Source: the human T2T-CHM13v2.0 reference genome, Homo sapiens
Assembly (NCBI RefSeq): GCF_009914755.1
Contig: NC_060936.1
Strand: one strand, 5' to 3'
Length of the DNA stretch: 64,000 nucleotides
The notes beneath the pieces are model-generated. The model searched no databases. It was not told the DNA's origin and worked only from the letters and a program-made list of their open reading frames with translations. Positions 1-22,072 of the stretch are shown here, piece after piece (the stretch's first letter is position 1; each line of letters opens with the position of its first letter). Made by a program: the position numbers and the translations under genes.

Positions 1-2
1 AT

Positions 3-845
<843 letters not shown>

Positions 846-984
846 TCACATTTCTCTGCCTAGGTCTTCCTGGCCCTTCTACTTTAAGTTTGCACAGCAT
901 TTCACCTTTCTCCTTTCCAGTCCATCCAAGCCTCCCTGCCTTCTCTTGCCCTACAACTGGCCTTGCCCCTTCCTAAACCCTTAC

Positions 985-1146
985 CAGTAATGGTGAAGGC
1001 TGAGCTGGAATGAGCAAGAGGCACATAGCTCCGGGATCCCCGGCGATGGTAGACAGTCACTTCCATGGTGTGTGTGCCCAGCATTGCCCTGCCTGTCCCA
1101 ATGCTCAGCCCAGACACTGGGCCCCCTAGAACTTGCCAGTATTGGC
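985..1146 (-). CDS. PMEL: PMEL coding exon 5 (QYWQVLGGPVSGLSIG...HSSSAFTIT; core amyloid region)
   Basis: Matches ORF 902..1171; TCAG acceptor, CTG|GTAAG donor; 162 nt. Confidence 0.96.
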
Positions 1147-1534
1147 CTGAAGTTTTTGGAATGAAAAGCAAGGAAGAAGAGATTACTGGTCAAAGGGGAC
1201 TGAGGGACAGGCTTCGAAACGGCACTGGAGATGGGAGGTCAGGAAGTATGATTACTTCTGAGGGTGTTTGGAAGGCTGTGATATGGGGGGACAGGGAAGG
1301 GGTCCTAATGAGGCATTCCATGGGGTAGGACTACAATTGAGGAAGAGTTGCCAGAAAGAATTATGATAGAGTTGAAGGGGGCTAGGTGCTAAGAAAGAGA
1401 AAAGATCTAAGAGGAAAATGAAGATTAGAGAAAATCACAGAAGTTAAGGTGGAAGGGGCGGCCAAAAGAAAGGTGATCAGGTAGAAAGAAGTAAACACAA
1501 GTGTGGATGATAGGCTGAGAAGGGAGTCCCTCAC

Positions 1535-1669
1535 CCCAGGTCTTCCAGACATAAACAAAGCTTCTCTTCTGAGACCAAGAGCCAGATGGGCAAGGTCCAC
1601 CATCAGGGAAGATGCAGGCATCGTCAGTTTCCTGGGGATACACTGGCTGTCCTCCCCACACCTGGCTCC
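1535..1669 (-). CDS. PMEL: PMEL coding exon 4 (SQVWGGQPVYPQETDDACIFPDGGPCPSGSWSQKRSFVYVWKTW)
   Basis: Matches ORF 1425..1661; TTTCAG acceptor, GGG|GTGAG donor; 135 nt. Confidence 0.96.
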
Positions 1670-1850
1670 CTGAAAGATAAATACAGAGTCACTCTCAAAC
1701 CCTGGCATTCTTTTTTGTATATCAAAACCCCTAAAATTGCTCCCAGGGTATCAGAGAGGGGCTCTGGGAATATTCCCTAGCTAGAAAGTACATTCTCCAT
1801 GATATAACCATTTGGGGTGGTAGTTGGGGGTTGAGGGTGTGGAAACTACA

Positions 1851-4374
<2,524 letters not shown>

Positions 4375-4378
4375 TCAC

Positions 4379-4525
4379 CATTGATGATGGTATTGTTGAC
4401 CCAGATAACCTGCCCATCTGGCAATACCTTTTGGCTTCCAGGGAAGTTCAAGGCAATAGAGAAGGAGGCATTTGCACCAATCAGTGTAGGCCCATCATTA
4501 CTGACCTTGAGGGACACTTGACCAC
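4379..4525 (-). CDS. PMEL: PMEL coding exon 3 (GGQVSLKVSNDGPTLIGANASF...NNTIIN)
   Basis: CAG acceptor, donor ATG|GTGAGT; 147 nt. Confidence 0.96.
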
Positions 4526-4683
4526 CTGGGAAGGAAAGCTACATTAGCTGGGACTCCTGGGCTTCCCCTCCCTGTATACGTTTCCCCTCCTTTTCTTCCC
4601 AAGCTACACTCGATGCAGTTCAGCTTGCTTTTTTCCTCATCCCACTCCCACCATGCCCTCCCCTGGAACTTCCAAGTTCCTAC

Positions 4684-4794
4684 CTCTCCAGCAGTCAAGT
4701 CTCTGGGCTTCTGTCCACTCTGGATACAGCTGCCTGTTCCAGGCTTTGGTTCTGAGTTGCCTTGAGACACCAAGCCAGTCCTGGTTTCTGGGTA
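4684..4794 (-). CDS. PMEL: PMEL coding exon 2 (VPRNQDWLGVSRQLRTKAWNRQLYPEWTEAQRLDCWR)
   Basis: AG acceptor 4796-4795, donor GAG|GTAGG; 111 nt. Confidence 0.96.
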
Positions 4795-4814
4795 CTAAAA
4801 GGAATGTGCCATGA

Positions 4815-6233
<1,419 letters not shown>

Positions 6234-6722
6234 ATTTACTTTTGAACATGATCAAATTTGTGTTTTAGAAAGATCACGATGGCAAGCAGTGAGGAGGATG
6301 GATTAGAGGCTGGCAGAGATTGGGGATGGGGACAGGGAAGACAAAATTATTGTAACTGACCAAGAGAGGTCTGAGAAGAAAAGGATATGCTGGACCTCCA
6401 TCTGCCCCACCCAGGTCCAACAACTATCAACACCTTGCCACATTTGCTTTGTTTATCCTTACTAGTTGTTGTTTTTGTTTTTGTTTTGGCTAAAGTATGT
6501 AAAAGCAAATCCCAGACATCGTGTTATTTTAACCCTACAAATTTAAAATGTATGAGTATTTTCTTGCATAAGCACAATGTCATTTCATGCTAGACAAAAT
6601 TATCAAACTCAGTCCATATAAAATTTCATGAATATCTGGAAAAATGTCTTATGATTTTTAAAATCAGGATCCAAAATATAAGTACAGTCTTTTTGTTAAG
6701 AGCCTTAGGTGGGTGGGTGTGA

Positions 6723-8289
<1,567 letters not shown>

Positions 8290-8513
8290 TCATTCCCTTT
8301 CTAATGTGTGCTGTAACCCTAGTTGATTCTGCTGGGGGAGGATCTGGAATCATCTATTGAGCATCCCACCACTAGAACAAGAGAAGTCATAAGATACCCC
8401 ATTCTTTCTCCACTTCCAACTCTCCTCAGAGCAGCACGGGACATTCCAGACCCTCTCACCACCCCACCCCCGCCCCTTGCTCCTGTCACGAGGCCCAATC
8501 CCCCAGAGCCCTT

Positions 8514-8521
8514 TCATGTGA
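8514..8521. promoter_or_regulatory. MITF-type E-box TCATGTGA in PMEL intron 1 (candidate shared PMEL/CDK2 melanocyte enhancer)
   Basis: Exact TCATGTGA with the flanking T/A that MITF prefers; MITF control of both PMEL and CDK2 through an element in this region is established. Confidence 0.75.
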
Positions 8522-8998
8522 TGCTCAGCTGAGACCCCTCTGCCTATCTCTCCAGCCCCAGAACAAAAGGTCTGGGCTGTGTTCACCCGTACCCATCCCA
8601 AGAGGAGAGGATTGTATCTCCTTAGTGTTCTTACCCAATACCACATTCTCTGACTCCCCACTTTAAATCTCCTACCCCAAGAGACGTTTCCTAAAAGAGT
8701 CTCCTGCACATTTCACCCCTTTGGAGCCCGTGCTCCAGCTCACTGCCAAGGAAGCCTCAGAATCAGTGCCACAGAGACCTTCTATCCTTCTGCCCCTCCA
8801 AGCATATGAGATTATTTTCAGGCAAAATCCCAAATCTCCATGTAGGGAGGGAGCCCAGGTGCCCACATCCTCACTAAATCAAATGAGTGGGAGACGCCTG
8901 AAATATTGCCGCTATCTCCCATTAGGAGGACAGAAACCAGAGCAGGGGGAATTCATCCCCAAGTTCACACCTGCTCATGTCCACATATCCACACATAC

Positions 8999-9074
8999 CT
9001 TTTGTAGCCCCCACAGCCAGCAAAGCACCTATCACAGCCAAATGAAGAAGGCATCTTTTTAGCACCAGATCCAT
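8999..9074 (-). CDS. PMEL: PMEL coding exon 1 (signal peptide)
   Basis: ATG at 9074 (cat on plus, 9072-9074); donor AAG|GTATGT at 8998. Confidence 0.97.
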
Positions 9075-9125
9075 TGTGTTCTTCCCTCCAGCAACCAAAG
9101 GCACTGGGGGGACTGGGATAGGCCC

Positions 9126-9154
9126 CTATATAAGAAAAGGGTGCTCATTTGCAT
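9126..9154 (-). promoter_or_regulatory. PMEL: PMEL proximal promoter: TATA-like TTATATAG and octamer ATTTGCAT (9147-9154)
   Basis: Motifs about 50-80 bp upstream of the PMEL ATG. Confidence 0.65.
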
Positions 9155-9720
9155 AGCCCTTCCTCTTCTCCCTCAGAGAAGGCCTGGGAGGGGCCGGAGG
9201 AGAGGAAAAAGGAAAAACTGACAAAGGGATCCTGGTCCCTAGACATTGCTTTCCCATCCTGCTACTCAATGACAGTTTCTGGTTTCACTGGGTCACTCTC
9301 ATCTTGATGCACTCCCGGGCAAGAGCTAACTGAAAGGCAGCTGCGTAACACATACCAGACACAACAGTTTATCATGGGAGAGTGAATTAAACCAGGAACT
9401 TCTCAAAAAGACAGAAACAGAACCCTGCATCCCAAAACAGAGACAGTGTCGGGGTATGCTATGAGGCAGAGGCAACGACTCCTCTGAGGCCCAGGATTCC
9501 TTTGCAACGAGATTCCCGGCTTCCTGGTTTCCAAAGGAGGCTCCTGGGCCAGGTGGAATTTAACCTTAGGTCGATACATATTTTCCCCAGGATTGGTGAA
9601 AATAGTGAGTTAGAAATCAAGAAATCCCTACAGACTAGAGACATAGGTAGGAAACTTGGACCCAAAGCAGGTACTTGGGAAGAGTGTTCAGCCGCCCCAC
9701 CGGGGAAGAAACTTGTCTAG

Positions 9721-10188
<468 letters not shown>

Positions 10189-10854
10189 TGAGTGGCCTCT
10201 GTACCCGGGACTCCTAACTGGGGACCTCCTTGATTGTCCCCCCCAACCCCCCACGGGCGGGTAGCCGTCCAGGGACCGGAAGAGAGCAGGGAGGGACTTC
10301 TTTAGAAGTGGAGAGGTGGGTTGGGGGCCAGTAGAAGGTGAAGAGTATACTTATACTCCCTGGGGAGAGTATAGGGTGGTGTGGAATCCATGGAAAACTT
10401 TCTTCCCAAACTGAGCCGGATCGTGCCCCCAAATGTGCGACTACAGACTCGGGGAGAGAAAGGAGGTCTCTGAGATGAGGTCCAAGACTCTCCATGGAGT
10501 GGAGTTATGTGGGAACCGGCGAGAATCGCCTTTCTGAATGAAGAGCCCTCTTCACTGCCCCACCCTCACCTTAGAATTCTCTCCTCTTTCCAAAGAATGG
10601 CAGTTGAACCTCACTGGCCCCTCTGGGGAGGCTGGGGGCTACTCCTGCATTTTTTCCCCTCCATTACAGTCTCCCTGCTTCACCTTCACCAGGCGGCTTT
10701 ACTTACCTACCCCTGGGAAAAGAGGAGATAATGGCCTTAATATATCCAAAAACCACACCCTGACTACCCAAGAATTAGCTCTTACCATCACCCTTTCTCT
10801 TCTCTCACTTTCCTAGGGGGTGCTGGGTGGTGTCTCCTTGGGGGAAAGAAATGA

Positions 10855-10998
<144 letters not shown>

Positions 10999-11013
10999 TA
11001 AGTATGCGTCTGA

Positions 11014-11310
<297 letters not shown>

Positions 11311-11666
11311 TGATTTTGGCCTCCTTCTGAGCCCTCATCTCCTATACACACACACTCCCCTTCTTTTTGTGTCTCCTTCCCTGCTCATTATATTCATTAA
11401 CCCTAGGGTTGGACTGAACAATCAAAGTTGAAACTCTAGTGAGTCAACCTAGCAACTCAGGTGGGAGGTCAGATGAAACTCAGATAAACGGGATTTGAGA
11501 GCACTTGGTAAATTCCTCCAAAAAGCCCTTCCATTTGGTGGAAGACCTAGCTAGTGAGTCCCTATTGTCTATTTTAGGGCTGGATTCTTCACTCCCAGAG
11601 CTACTTTCAATCTATTAACAAACATTTTTTCAATGCACAGGATGTAGAAAAGGGATGGAAAATTGA

Positions 11667-12056
<390 letters not shown>

Positions 12057-12504
12057 TAACTAGGGTATTCACAAAGTTACTAAAAATATCTGGCTAACAG
12101 TTTCTTACTAGGTAGAAATAATCTCTTGACATCCTAAAGAGTCTTAGGGTATGCATGGAATTCATACTGTGTTGCTAACTGGGCCCACACCTGTAATACC
12201 AATACTTTGGGAGGCTGAGGTGGGAGGATCACTTGAGCCCAGGAGTTCGAGACCATCATGGGCAACATAGCGAGACCCCATCTCTACAAATCTACAAAAA
12301 GAAAAAATTTAGAAATAAAATTATGACCAATTTGTCTCAAGTTTTTCCAGGAAGATCTCAAATTAGGGGTTCAGTCCAGAACTATGGACTGGAAATCAGT
12401 GGGAGGGGAAAGATGATGGAGGGAAGGAAACTGCTTGTTAAGAGGCCAAGAGTAAGCAGAGTAGTGTTGAGGAACTGAGATGCGGGAATTTCCATACCCT
12501 ATAA

Positions 12505-12873
<369 letters not shown>

Positions 12874-13049
12874 TAAGTTAAAGCATTTCTGCAGCTGTTT
12901 TAGCTGTAGTCTGCATATATTTGGGAGAATGATTCCATTTAGTGCCTCTTTTATTTCAGGCCTTCATTTCAAGGCTTGTAGACCTTGTTGTATGGTGCCA
13001 GCAATGTAGTGAAGACAACTGTGGTCACTTTACCCACACCTTTCATTTA

Positions 13050-13163
<114 letters not shown>

Positions 13164-13351
13164 TTAAAACCCTGTCTCTACTAAAAATACAAAAATTAGC
13201 CAGGTGTGGCTACTTGGGATTACACACCTGTAATCCCAGCTACTTGGGAGGCCAAGGCAGGAGAATCGGTTGAACCCGGGAGATGGAGGTTGCAGTGACC
13301 AAGATTGCACCACTGCACTCCAGCCTGGGCGACAGAATGAGATTCCATCTC

Positions 13352-13382
<31 letters not shown>

Positions 13383-13660
13383 TTTAGATCATGTTCCCCT
13401 TCAACCTCTGGCTTTTCAGACTGAAGGATCCTTGAAGCCTGGCTTTATGTAGAAGCTCCCATCTCCTTTAATATAACAGTACAGTGGTGCAGTAGGCTGT
13501 CTTCAAATCAGCAATATGTTTTATTGTCTTTTATCTTGGTTGTAACCAAGAGCTTAAAGACCATTAGCCTATACATATGTAATGTGCATTTATCCCCCCA
13601 GTGCATTACCTTACAATTGTCCGTATTCCTCTCTCAATTCATCAAAAAATATTTGTTAAG

Positions 13661-13804
13661 CACCTAGTGGGTACCCAGCACCATGCTAGGTGCTGTGGGG
13701 AACACAGAAGAAATGGAAGACAGAGTCTCTGCCCGCTGTGCTCGTATCTAGAAGTGGCTGCATCACAAGGTTGGGGGATGACCGCAGTGTCTACCCCCTA
13801 CCCC
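13661..13804 (+). CDS. CDK2: CDK2 alternative in-frame cassette exon (48 aa), homologous to the rodent long-CDK2 insert
   Basis: TTAAG|CAC acceptor, CCC|GTGAGT donor, 144 nt, phase 0, no stop; peptide HLVGTQHHARCCGEHRRNGRQSLCPLCSYLEVAASQGWGMTAVSTPYP. Confidence 0.7.
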
Positions 13805-14064
13805 GTGAGTGGCTTGGGATACCTTTGCTACATGTCAGTGGCACCCCAGACATTCACCCCCTCCCAGACCCACCCAGCCTTGGGGATCTGCAAAGCCATG
13901 GTTGGGGGAAGGAAGGAGGGGGCGAGGAGACAGATGAAGGAACTTCATTGTCTCAGGTTCTGTGTGACTGACCCCATGAAAGGCCCTGGGGAGGGAGTCA
14001 TGGGGCCCTGCTGACCTTTTACTGTCTGTGGGAACTCCTTTGTATAGAGGAGAGTTTTGACTGA

Positions 14065-14388
<324 letters not shown>

Positions 14389-14583
14389 TGAAATCTGGGC
14401 CTCAGTGTTTCATTTCCCTGGTTCCTGCTCTCCCTGTTGGCACACTGATTCAGCTATGGGAGGATGGAAGTGAGAATTCTGCCTTGGGTAGAAGGAGTTC
14501 TGGTTTCCTGATTTCTGGGAACACCTGCTGCCCATTTAGTCCACTATCACATCATTGAAGTCAACATGCATCTCTCCCTCTAG

Positions 14584-14688
<105 letters not shown>

Positions 14689-15821
14689 TAGCCTTCTTGA
14701 AGCCCCCAGCCCTAATCTCACCCTCTCCTCCAGTGTGGGCTTGACCAGGCTTGGCCTTGGGCTATTTGGACTCAGGTGGGCCCTCTGAACTTGCCTTAAA
14801 CACTCACCTTCTAGTCTTGGCCAGCCAACTCTGGGAATACAGGGGTGAAAGGGGGGAACCAGTGAAAATGAAAGGAAGTTTCAGTATTAGATGCACTTAA
14901 GTTAGCCTCCACCACCCTTTCCCCCTTCTCTTAGTTATTGCTGAAGAGGGTTGGTATAAAAATAATTTTAAAAAAGCCTTCCTACACGTTAGATTTGCCG
15001 TACCAATCTCTGAATGCCCCATAATTATTATTTCCAGTGTTTGGGATGACCAGGATCCCAAGCCTCCTGCTGCCACAATGTTTATAAAGGCCAAATGATA
15101 GCGGGGGCTAAGTTGGTGCTTTTGAGAACCAAGTAAAACAAAACCACTGGGAGGAGTCTATTTTAAAGAATTCGGTTGAAAAAATAGATCCAATCAGTTT
15201 ATACCCTAGTTAGTGTTTTGCCTCACCTAATAGGCTGGGAGACTGAAGACTCAGCCCGGGTGGGGCTGCAGAAAAATGATTGGCCCCAGTCCCCTTGTTT
15301 GTCCCTTCTACAGGCATGAGGAATCTGGGAGGCCCTGAGACAGGGATTGTGCTTCATTCCAATCTATTGCTTCACCATGGCCTTATGAGGCAGGTGAGAG
15401 ATGTTTGAATTTTTCTCTTCCTTTTAGTATTCTTAGTTGTTCAGTTGCCAAGGATCCCTGATCCCATTTTCCTCTGACGTCCACCTCCTACCCCATAGGA
15501 GTTAGAAGTTAGGGTTTAGGCATCATTTTGAGAATGCTGACACTTTTTCAGGGCTGTGATTGAGTGAGGGCATGGGTAAAAATATTTCTTTAAAAGAAGG
15601 ATGAACAATTATATTTATATTTCAGGTTATATCCAATAGTAGAGTTGGCTTTTTTTTTTTTTTTTTGGTCATAGTGGGTGGATTTGTTGCCATGTGCACC
15701 TTGGGGTTTTGTAATGACAGTGCTAAAAAAAAAAAGCATTTTTTTTTTATGATTTGTCTCTGTCACCCTTGTCCTTGAGTGCTCTTGCTATTAACGTTAT
15801 TTGTAATTTAGTTTGTAGCTC

Positions 15822-15827
15822 ATTAAA
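15822..15827 (+). terminator. CDK2: CDK2 polyadenylation signal ATTAAA
   Basis: Variant hexamer at the end of an AU-rich 3'UTR. Confidence 0.7.
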
Positions 15828-16069
15828 AAAATGTGCCTAGTTTTATAGTTCATCTCTTTCCTCCTCTTATTTACTGAAAGAATGGTGGGAGACAGAATAT
15901 GAATGTGTGTATGTGATCATTGATTTCAGACCCCTTTTCCTAATCTCTCTGTGCATGGCTGCCCACCCCACCCCATTTTGGCTAGTGCTGACGGTGAACA
16001 AAGTGGTTATTATCATCCCTATTTATGGCTGGGGAAACTGAAGCCTATATACTTCCTACTTCACTTTCT

Positions 16070-16275
16070 CCACACACCAGCAAACCTCCTTTCCCCCAGC
16101 CAACATACCACACACACACCACACCACACACACATCACATACACACACCACACACACATCATATACACACATATACCACACACACCACGTATACATATAC
16201 CAAATACACACACACCACATACACACCATATATGCACACACACCCCATACATACACACACCCATGCACATACATA
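16070..16275. repeat. Degenerate (CA)/(CATA)-rich low-complexity repeat
   Basis: Direct reading. Confidence 0.9.
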
Positions 16276-16779
16276 GCGGCAGGAAGAGGGCTCCCGGGGA
16301 ATTTGCCTTTCGACACTGCATTTCCCAGTAAGCCCGCCGTTTTTCCTTTCTGTTTCATATCACAGACAGAAAAGTTTTCCAAAGATTCTTTTATTTACAT
16401 TTACATACGATTCTGAAAAAGCGTCTCCAAGCTACCACTTCTTGTAGTTGCCATTGTCTCATTCCACCAAAAAACATCTCAGACCGCCCGCGGCCACCCC
16501 AAATACGCCTGTCCACTGAAGCCTCACTAAAAGGAGGAAGCGCTGATGTCAGGGTTACTTAAATTCCCAGGCTCCGGATCCCTAGAAGAGGTATTTCCCT
16601 TTACGCCCGCGAATTTGTCATAGAAGGCAGGGCACTAGAGCCAGCCCCAGCCAAGTCCAGGGGGAGGGGCGAAGGTCAGTAGCGGCCTTCCTAAGGCTTC
16701 CTTCAACCCCTCCTTGCCTGCCAGTCAAGTACCGTATTTTCGCAGTACTGGTTAAAGTTTCACTTTGACCCGCCTCCAT

Positions 16780-17620
16780 CACTCACCTGATTAGATGTTT
16801 ATGAGTCAAAAGGCGGGGTCATGGGGTGTCGAGATTTTATTGGTGGATACATACGCCTGTCGGCAGTGTACCGCCCCCTGTCTTCAGGAGCTTGCTCTTT
16901 AATGGCTCCTTACCTCGTCCATCTTCGAGGTTTCTCCCTCGCTATTGGCTTGTGGCCCCGCCTGTCGCGTCCCTTGCTCGTACTTGTTGGTGACAGCGCC
17001 CAAAGAGACTCGCCTTTCTCCAGAGGATTGGTGGATGAGTGCACATATAGCCCACCCTCGAAGGTAGGCGGGTAATCGAGCTATTGGCTGGAGCCCCGCC
17101 CCAGGGCGAGGAGGAGAAGGAGGGGCAGGAGGGTTTGGTTGAGCTGCAGCTGTTTGTCTGTTCGACACAGGCTTGGGGCCGACGGGGGAGACGGAGCCCC
17201 AGGTACCGAGCTGATGGAGCCCAAAGGGCAGGGGCGGAAGCGCCTGGGAGATGAGAGCAGCCTGGCCTGAGAGCGGAGGCGGGTCTGGTCCTAAGCGAGG
17301 GGTTAGAGTGGCCCACCGGAGAGGGGAGAAGGGGGCCGGGCCCCGGCAGGCCTAATAGGGGTCGCTGAGGAGGGGACTGGGCGGCCTGGGACCCCGAAGT
17401 TGGTGAGTCGGGAAGGCGGCTGGGCTGTGGCGGCGGCCAGGCCGAGGGCCGGGGGCTGGAGGCCTGGAGCTTGAGTGAGGGCAGGGGCAGGCCTCATTAA
17501 GCAGCGCTGAAGAGGGAGGAGCTGGGGAAAGGAACAGGGCAGCGGGTGAGGTAAGCCCATTTGCCGGGAGGTGAGGAGGGTCAGACCTGTCGCCCGAGCC
17601 CCGGGGGTGACTGGGGCTGG
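16780..17620 (+). promoter_or_regulatory. RAB5B: RAB5B CpG-island promoter; non-coding exon 1 ends at 17202
   Basis: Two ATTGG+GCCCCGCC modules (16942, 17081), AP-1 TGAGTCA (16802), donor CAG|GTACCG at 17203. Confidence 0.8.
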
Positions 17621-18486
17621 GTCCCTGCAGAGAGGTTCATTGGAAGGGCCTGAGAAGGGTTCTTAGTTGGGTAAGAAGCGTTCTTTTCAGGGAAAGTGCC
17701 TATTGTAAAAAGAACTGAGGGTGCTATGGTGTTGAGCTGAGAGAGATTTGGGTTCAGTGAGGGAGAACTGGGGAAAATGAAGAAGGCTGTATTAATCTAG
17801 AAGACTAAGGTAGTTGAAGTAATGGAAGCAGGGCCTGGTATCAGTTATGGGAACTTCTGGGAATGCTGAAGGGTGGGCTGGGGGCTCTGGGTCTTGGGAG
17901 TACACACTCTTTTGTTCCCTTTAGTGTTTAGATGTGGTAATTTGAAGCTTTTTAAAACTCCCAGGGTAGGGATGAAGATCAAAGTAATTTTTTTTTTTCC
18001 ATGACTGTTGGCTGCTCCAAACTCAGCCCCTACACTTTCTGTTGGCCTCATAGCTGGTCTATACTGCAGTCTGTTTCTTAACTTACTGTTTCATGTCCTA
18101 TGAAAGAGCTAAGAAGTTGGATTGGGGGCATGTTTTGTCCACTTCTTTCCCACTTAATAATGTGGTCTATAGCAAATACCATGTCTCCTAGAACTGAGAA
18201 TCTATTTCATATCTATTTCATTATCTACATGGGAAAGGGGCTTAGAGATCCTCAGCCATCAGGAGATCTTCTGATCATAGTTGGTGAAACTTTTGTGGGA
18301 CTTAGACTTGACTTGGGTATTTCCCAGGCAGGTAATGGAGTTAACAGGTCCGAAACTATGCGGTGATATCACTGAGGAAGAGATTTGGGGAAGAGTGAGA
18401 AATTCCATTTCAAAAGCTTGGCATCACCCCTTGTTCTTTGTCTACTTCAAAAGCCCAGATTTCTGTGCTGTTAGAAAGTTGGGTCA

Positions 18487-19049
<563 letters not shown>

Positions 19050-19902
19050 TGATCCGCCCACCTCGGCCTCCCAAAGTGCTGGGATTACAGGCGTGAGCCA
19101 CCACACCCGGCCATCACTACATTTCTTAATTACAAAAGTTAATATGTACATATTTTAAAATATGGAAGGTGTACAGCAGTTTAAGAAGTATAAATCCTCC
19201 CACACATACCTTATTCATATTTCATTTAGGAAGGTCAAGGATCAGAGACAGCAAATCAGACTAATCTTGCTTTGCTTTGGGGGATGTGTCACAAAAGGCA
19301 ATTGTGTTTTCATGTTCTCATCAAACTCTAGTCTTATTCTTTCTACAGTTTTCCCTTCTGGGATGATACTCTGTTATTTATTGTGTTCCTTTCACAGTTC
19401 ATTTTGTCTTCTACCAAGTCCGACAAGCAGAGGGCTGTACTGTGTGTTATTCACCTTGAGTACACACAAACACACACACCCCAAGTTGTGTGCTGGGTGT
19501 CCTAGGAAGTGCCCAAAGAGATGGAACAAAACTTTATGGGGAGAAAGGATCATTTTGGTTGGGATAATTGTTGGCATCTCTGCTAAAGAAAGGAATTTCA
19601 GACCCTTATCTCAAATTCATGGTCTCTGGATGTTCATGGTCTCTGCATGTTCACATTACTTGACTATCCCTTTCTTATCCATGATGATGATGGTTCTCCT
19701 AAGAGGCCCCTGTATTTGTCTTTCTTTTCTTTTCTTCTATTTTTAGAGACAGGGTCTTGCTTTGTCACTTAGGCTGGAGTACAGTGTGTGTCTTTCTGTA
19801 GGGATCTGAGAAGCTCCAAGCTTATCTGGATTTGAAATCGGTTTTCCTCTAAATCTCAGAGTCAGAGTACAGCTGGGGCATTTCATACTACCACCTTATT
19901 AA

Positions 19903-20257
<355 letters not shown>

Positions 20258-21418
20258 TAACTCCTGACCTCAGGTGATCCACGTGCCTCAGCCTCCCAAA
20301 GCACTGGGATTACAGGAGTGAGCCACCGCGCCTGGCCGTGTGTGCGTGTGTGTGTGTGTGTTTTAATCCTATCTAATTTTTCCAACAGTTTTTTGCATCC
20401 TAAGAGAGTTTAGGAGTAGAATTATCAATAAGGAATTTCATACATAGACCTGGAGTTGCAAAAATATATTTGGAGAAGAGAGCTTTCCCATTGCCCTTCA
20501 AGTCATACCTCATATCTTTTAAAATTTTTTTCCTGGACAATCCCTACTGCATAACATACCTCATATCTTCTAACTCTTACTTTACCTGGGAGCAAATATT
20601 GCTTATTGGTATGAATTTTACTTCTGAGAAGGAGGCATAGGGTAGAAGAAGCAAGCGTATAGTTTGCTCCCTAATCCTAAAGCATTTCAGATTGGAAGGT
20701 AACCAAAGTGTGAGACAATGAACTTATAATAAGGAAATGCAGCAGCCCTCTTGGAGGAAGGATACCATAAAACCCTACATGGTATACTCCCACTTCCGTT
20801 TTGGGAAAGATTTAGCCATTGACTCAACAGTAACTGAACTGAATAAGGAGCTACCCAGGTGAACAAAGTATGTGTACATTTCTGGGCAAGGTTGTAGCTT
20901 CTGTTCAGGGACAGTGGGTACCTTTTCAGAGTGTCTCCTGGTTCTGTGGTGTTATGGCTCCTTTTTTTAAACTTGTGTTTCTCAAGTCAGGAATTAATAG
21001 ATAGTGGCCCAAAGCTTTTGACCGTTCAACATCAACTGAAAATTCAGCGAACTTTGTTTTTAGCTATAGTTGCCTCAGTGTTTGGGTGGGAGGGCCACAT
21101 ATTGGGTGTGATTAGGCCATCTGAGGCATAGTAACGGGTGACAGGAAAAGCAGTTAGCCCATGCGAGTTGCAATAGTACCTTGTGGGCAAGATCCCAAGG
21201 GGGCCCTCCATCCAAGGGAGATCACAGAGGAGCCAGGGAGAGAATTGATTCTGAGGCCTATTAAAAATATTCCCAAATGGGGCCGTGTGCGGTGGCATGC
21301 GCCTGTAATCCCAGCACTTTGGGAGGCTGAGGCGGGTGGATCACGAGGTCAGGAGATTGAGACCATCCTGGCTAACACGGTGAAACCCCGTCTCTACTAA
21401 ACAAAATACAAAAAATTA

Positions 21419-21661
<243 letters not shown>

Positions 21662-21772
21662 TTAGCCTTAATTTAGGGAGCATTTAATGAGCACCTACTA
21701 GGGATCAGGCAGCATGCTGTGCTCTGAAGATTTTAAGATAAACTCCCACTTTTAAAGAAGTTCATAGTTTAG

Positions 21773-22072
<300 letters not shown>

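Noticed and set aside
15951-16382. His/Thr-rich and Cys/Val-rich ORFs on both strands
   Set aside because: Products of the (CA)n-like low-complexity tract
19162-19746. 194-aa ATG ORF in RAB5B intron 1
   Set aside because: No recognisable homology, compositionally biased, no supporting splice or promoter context; probably chance
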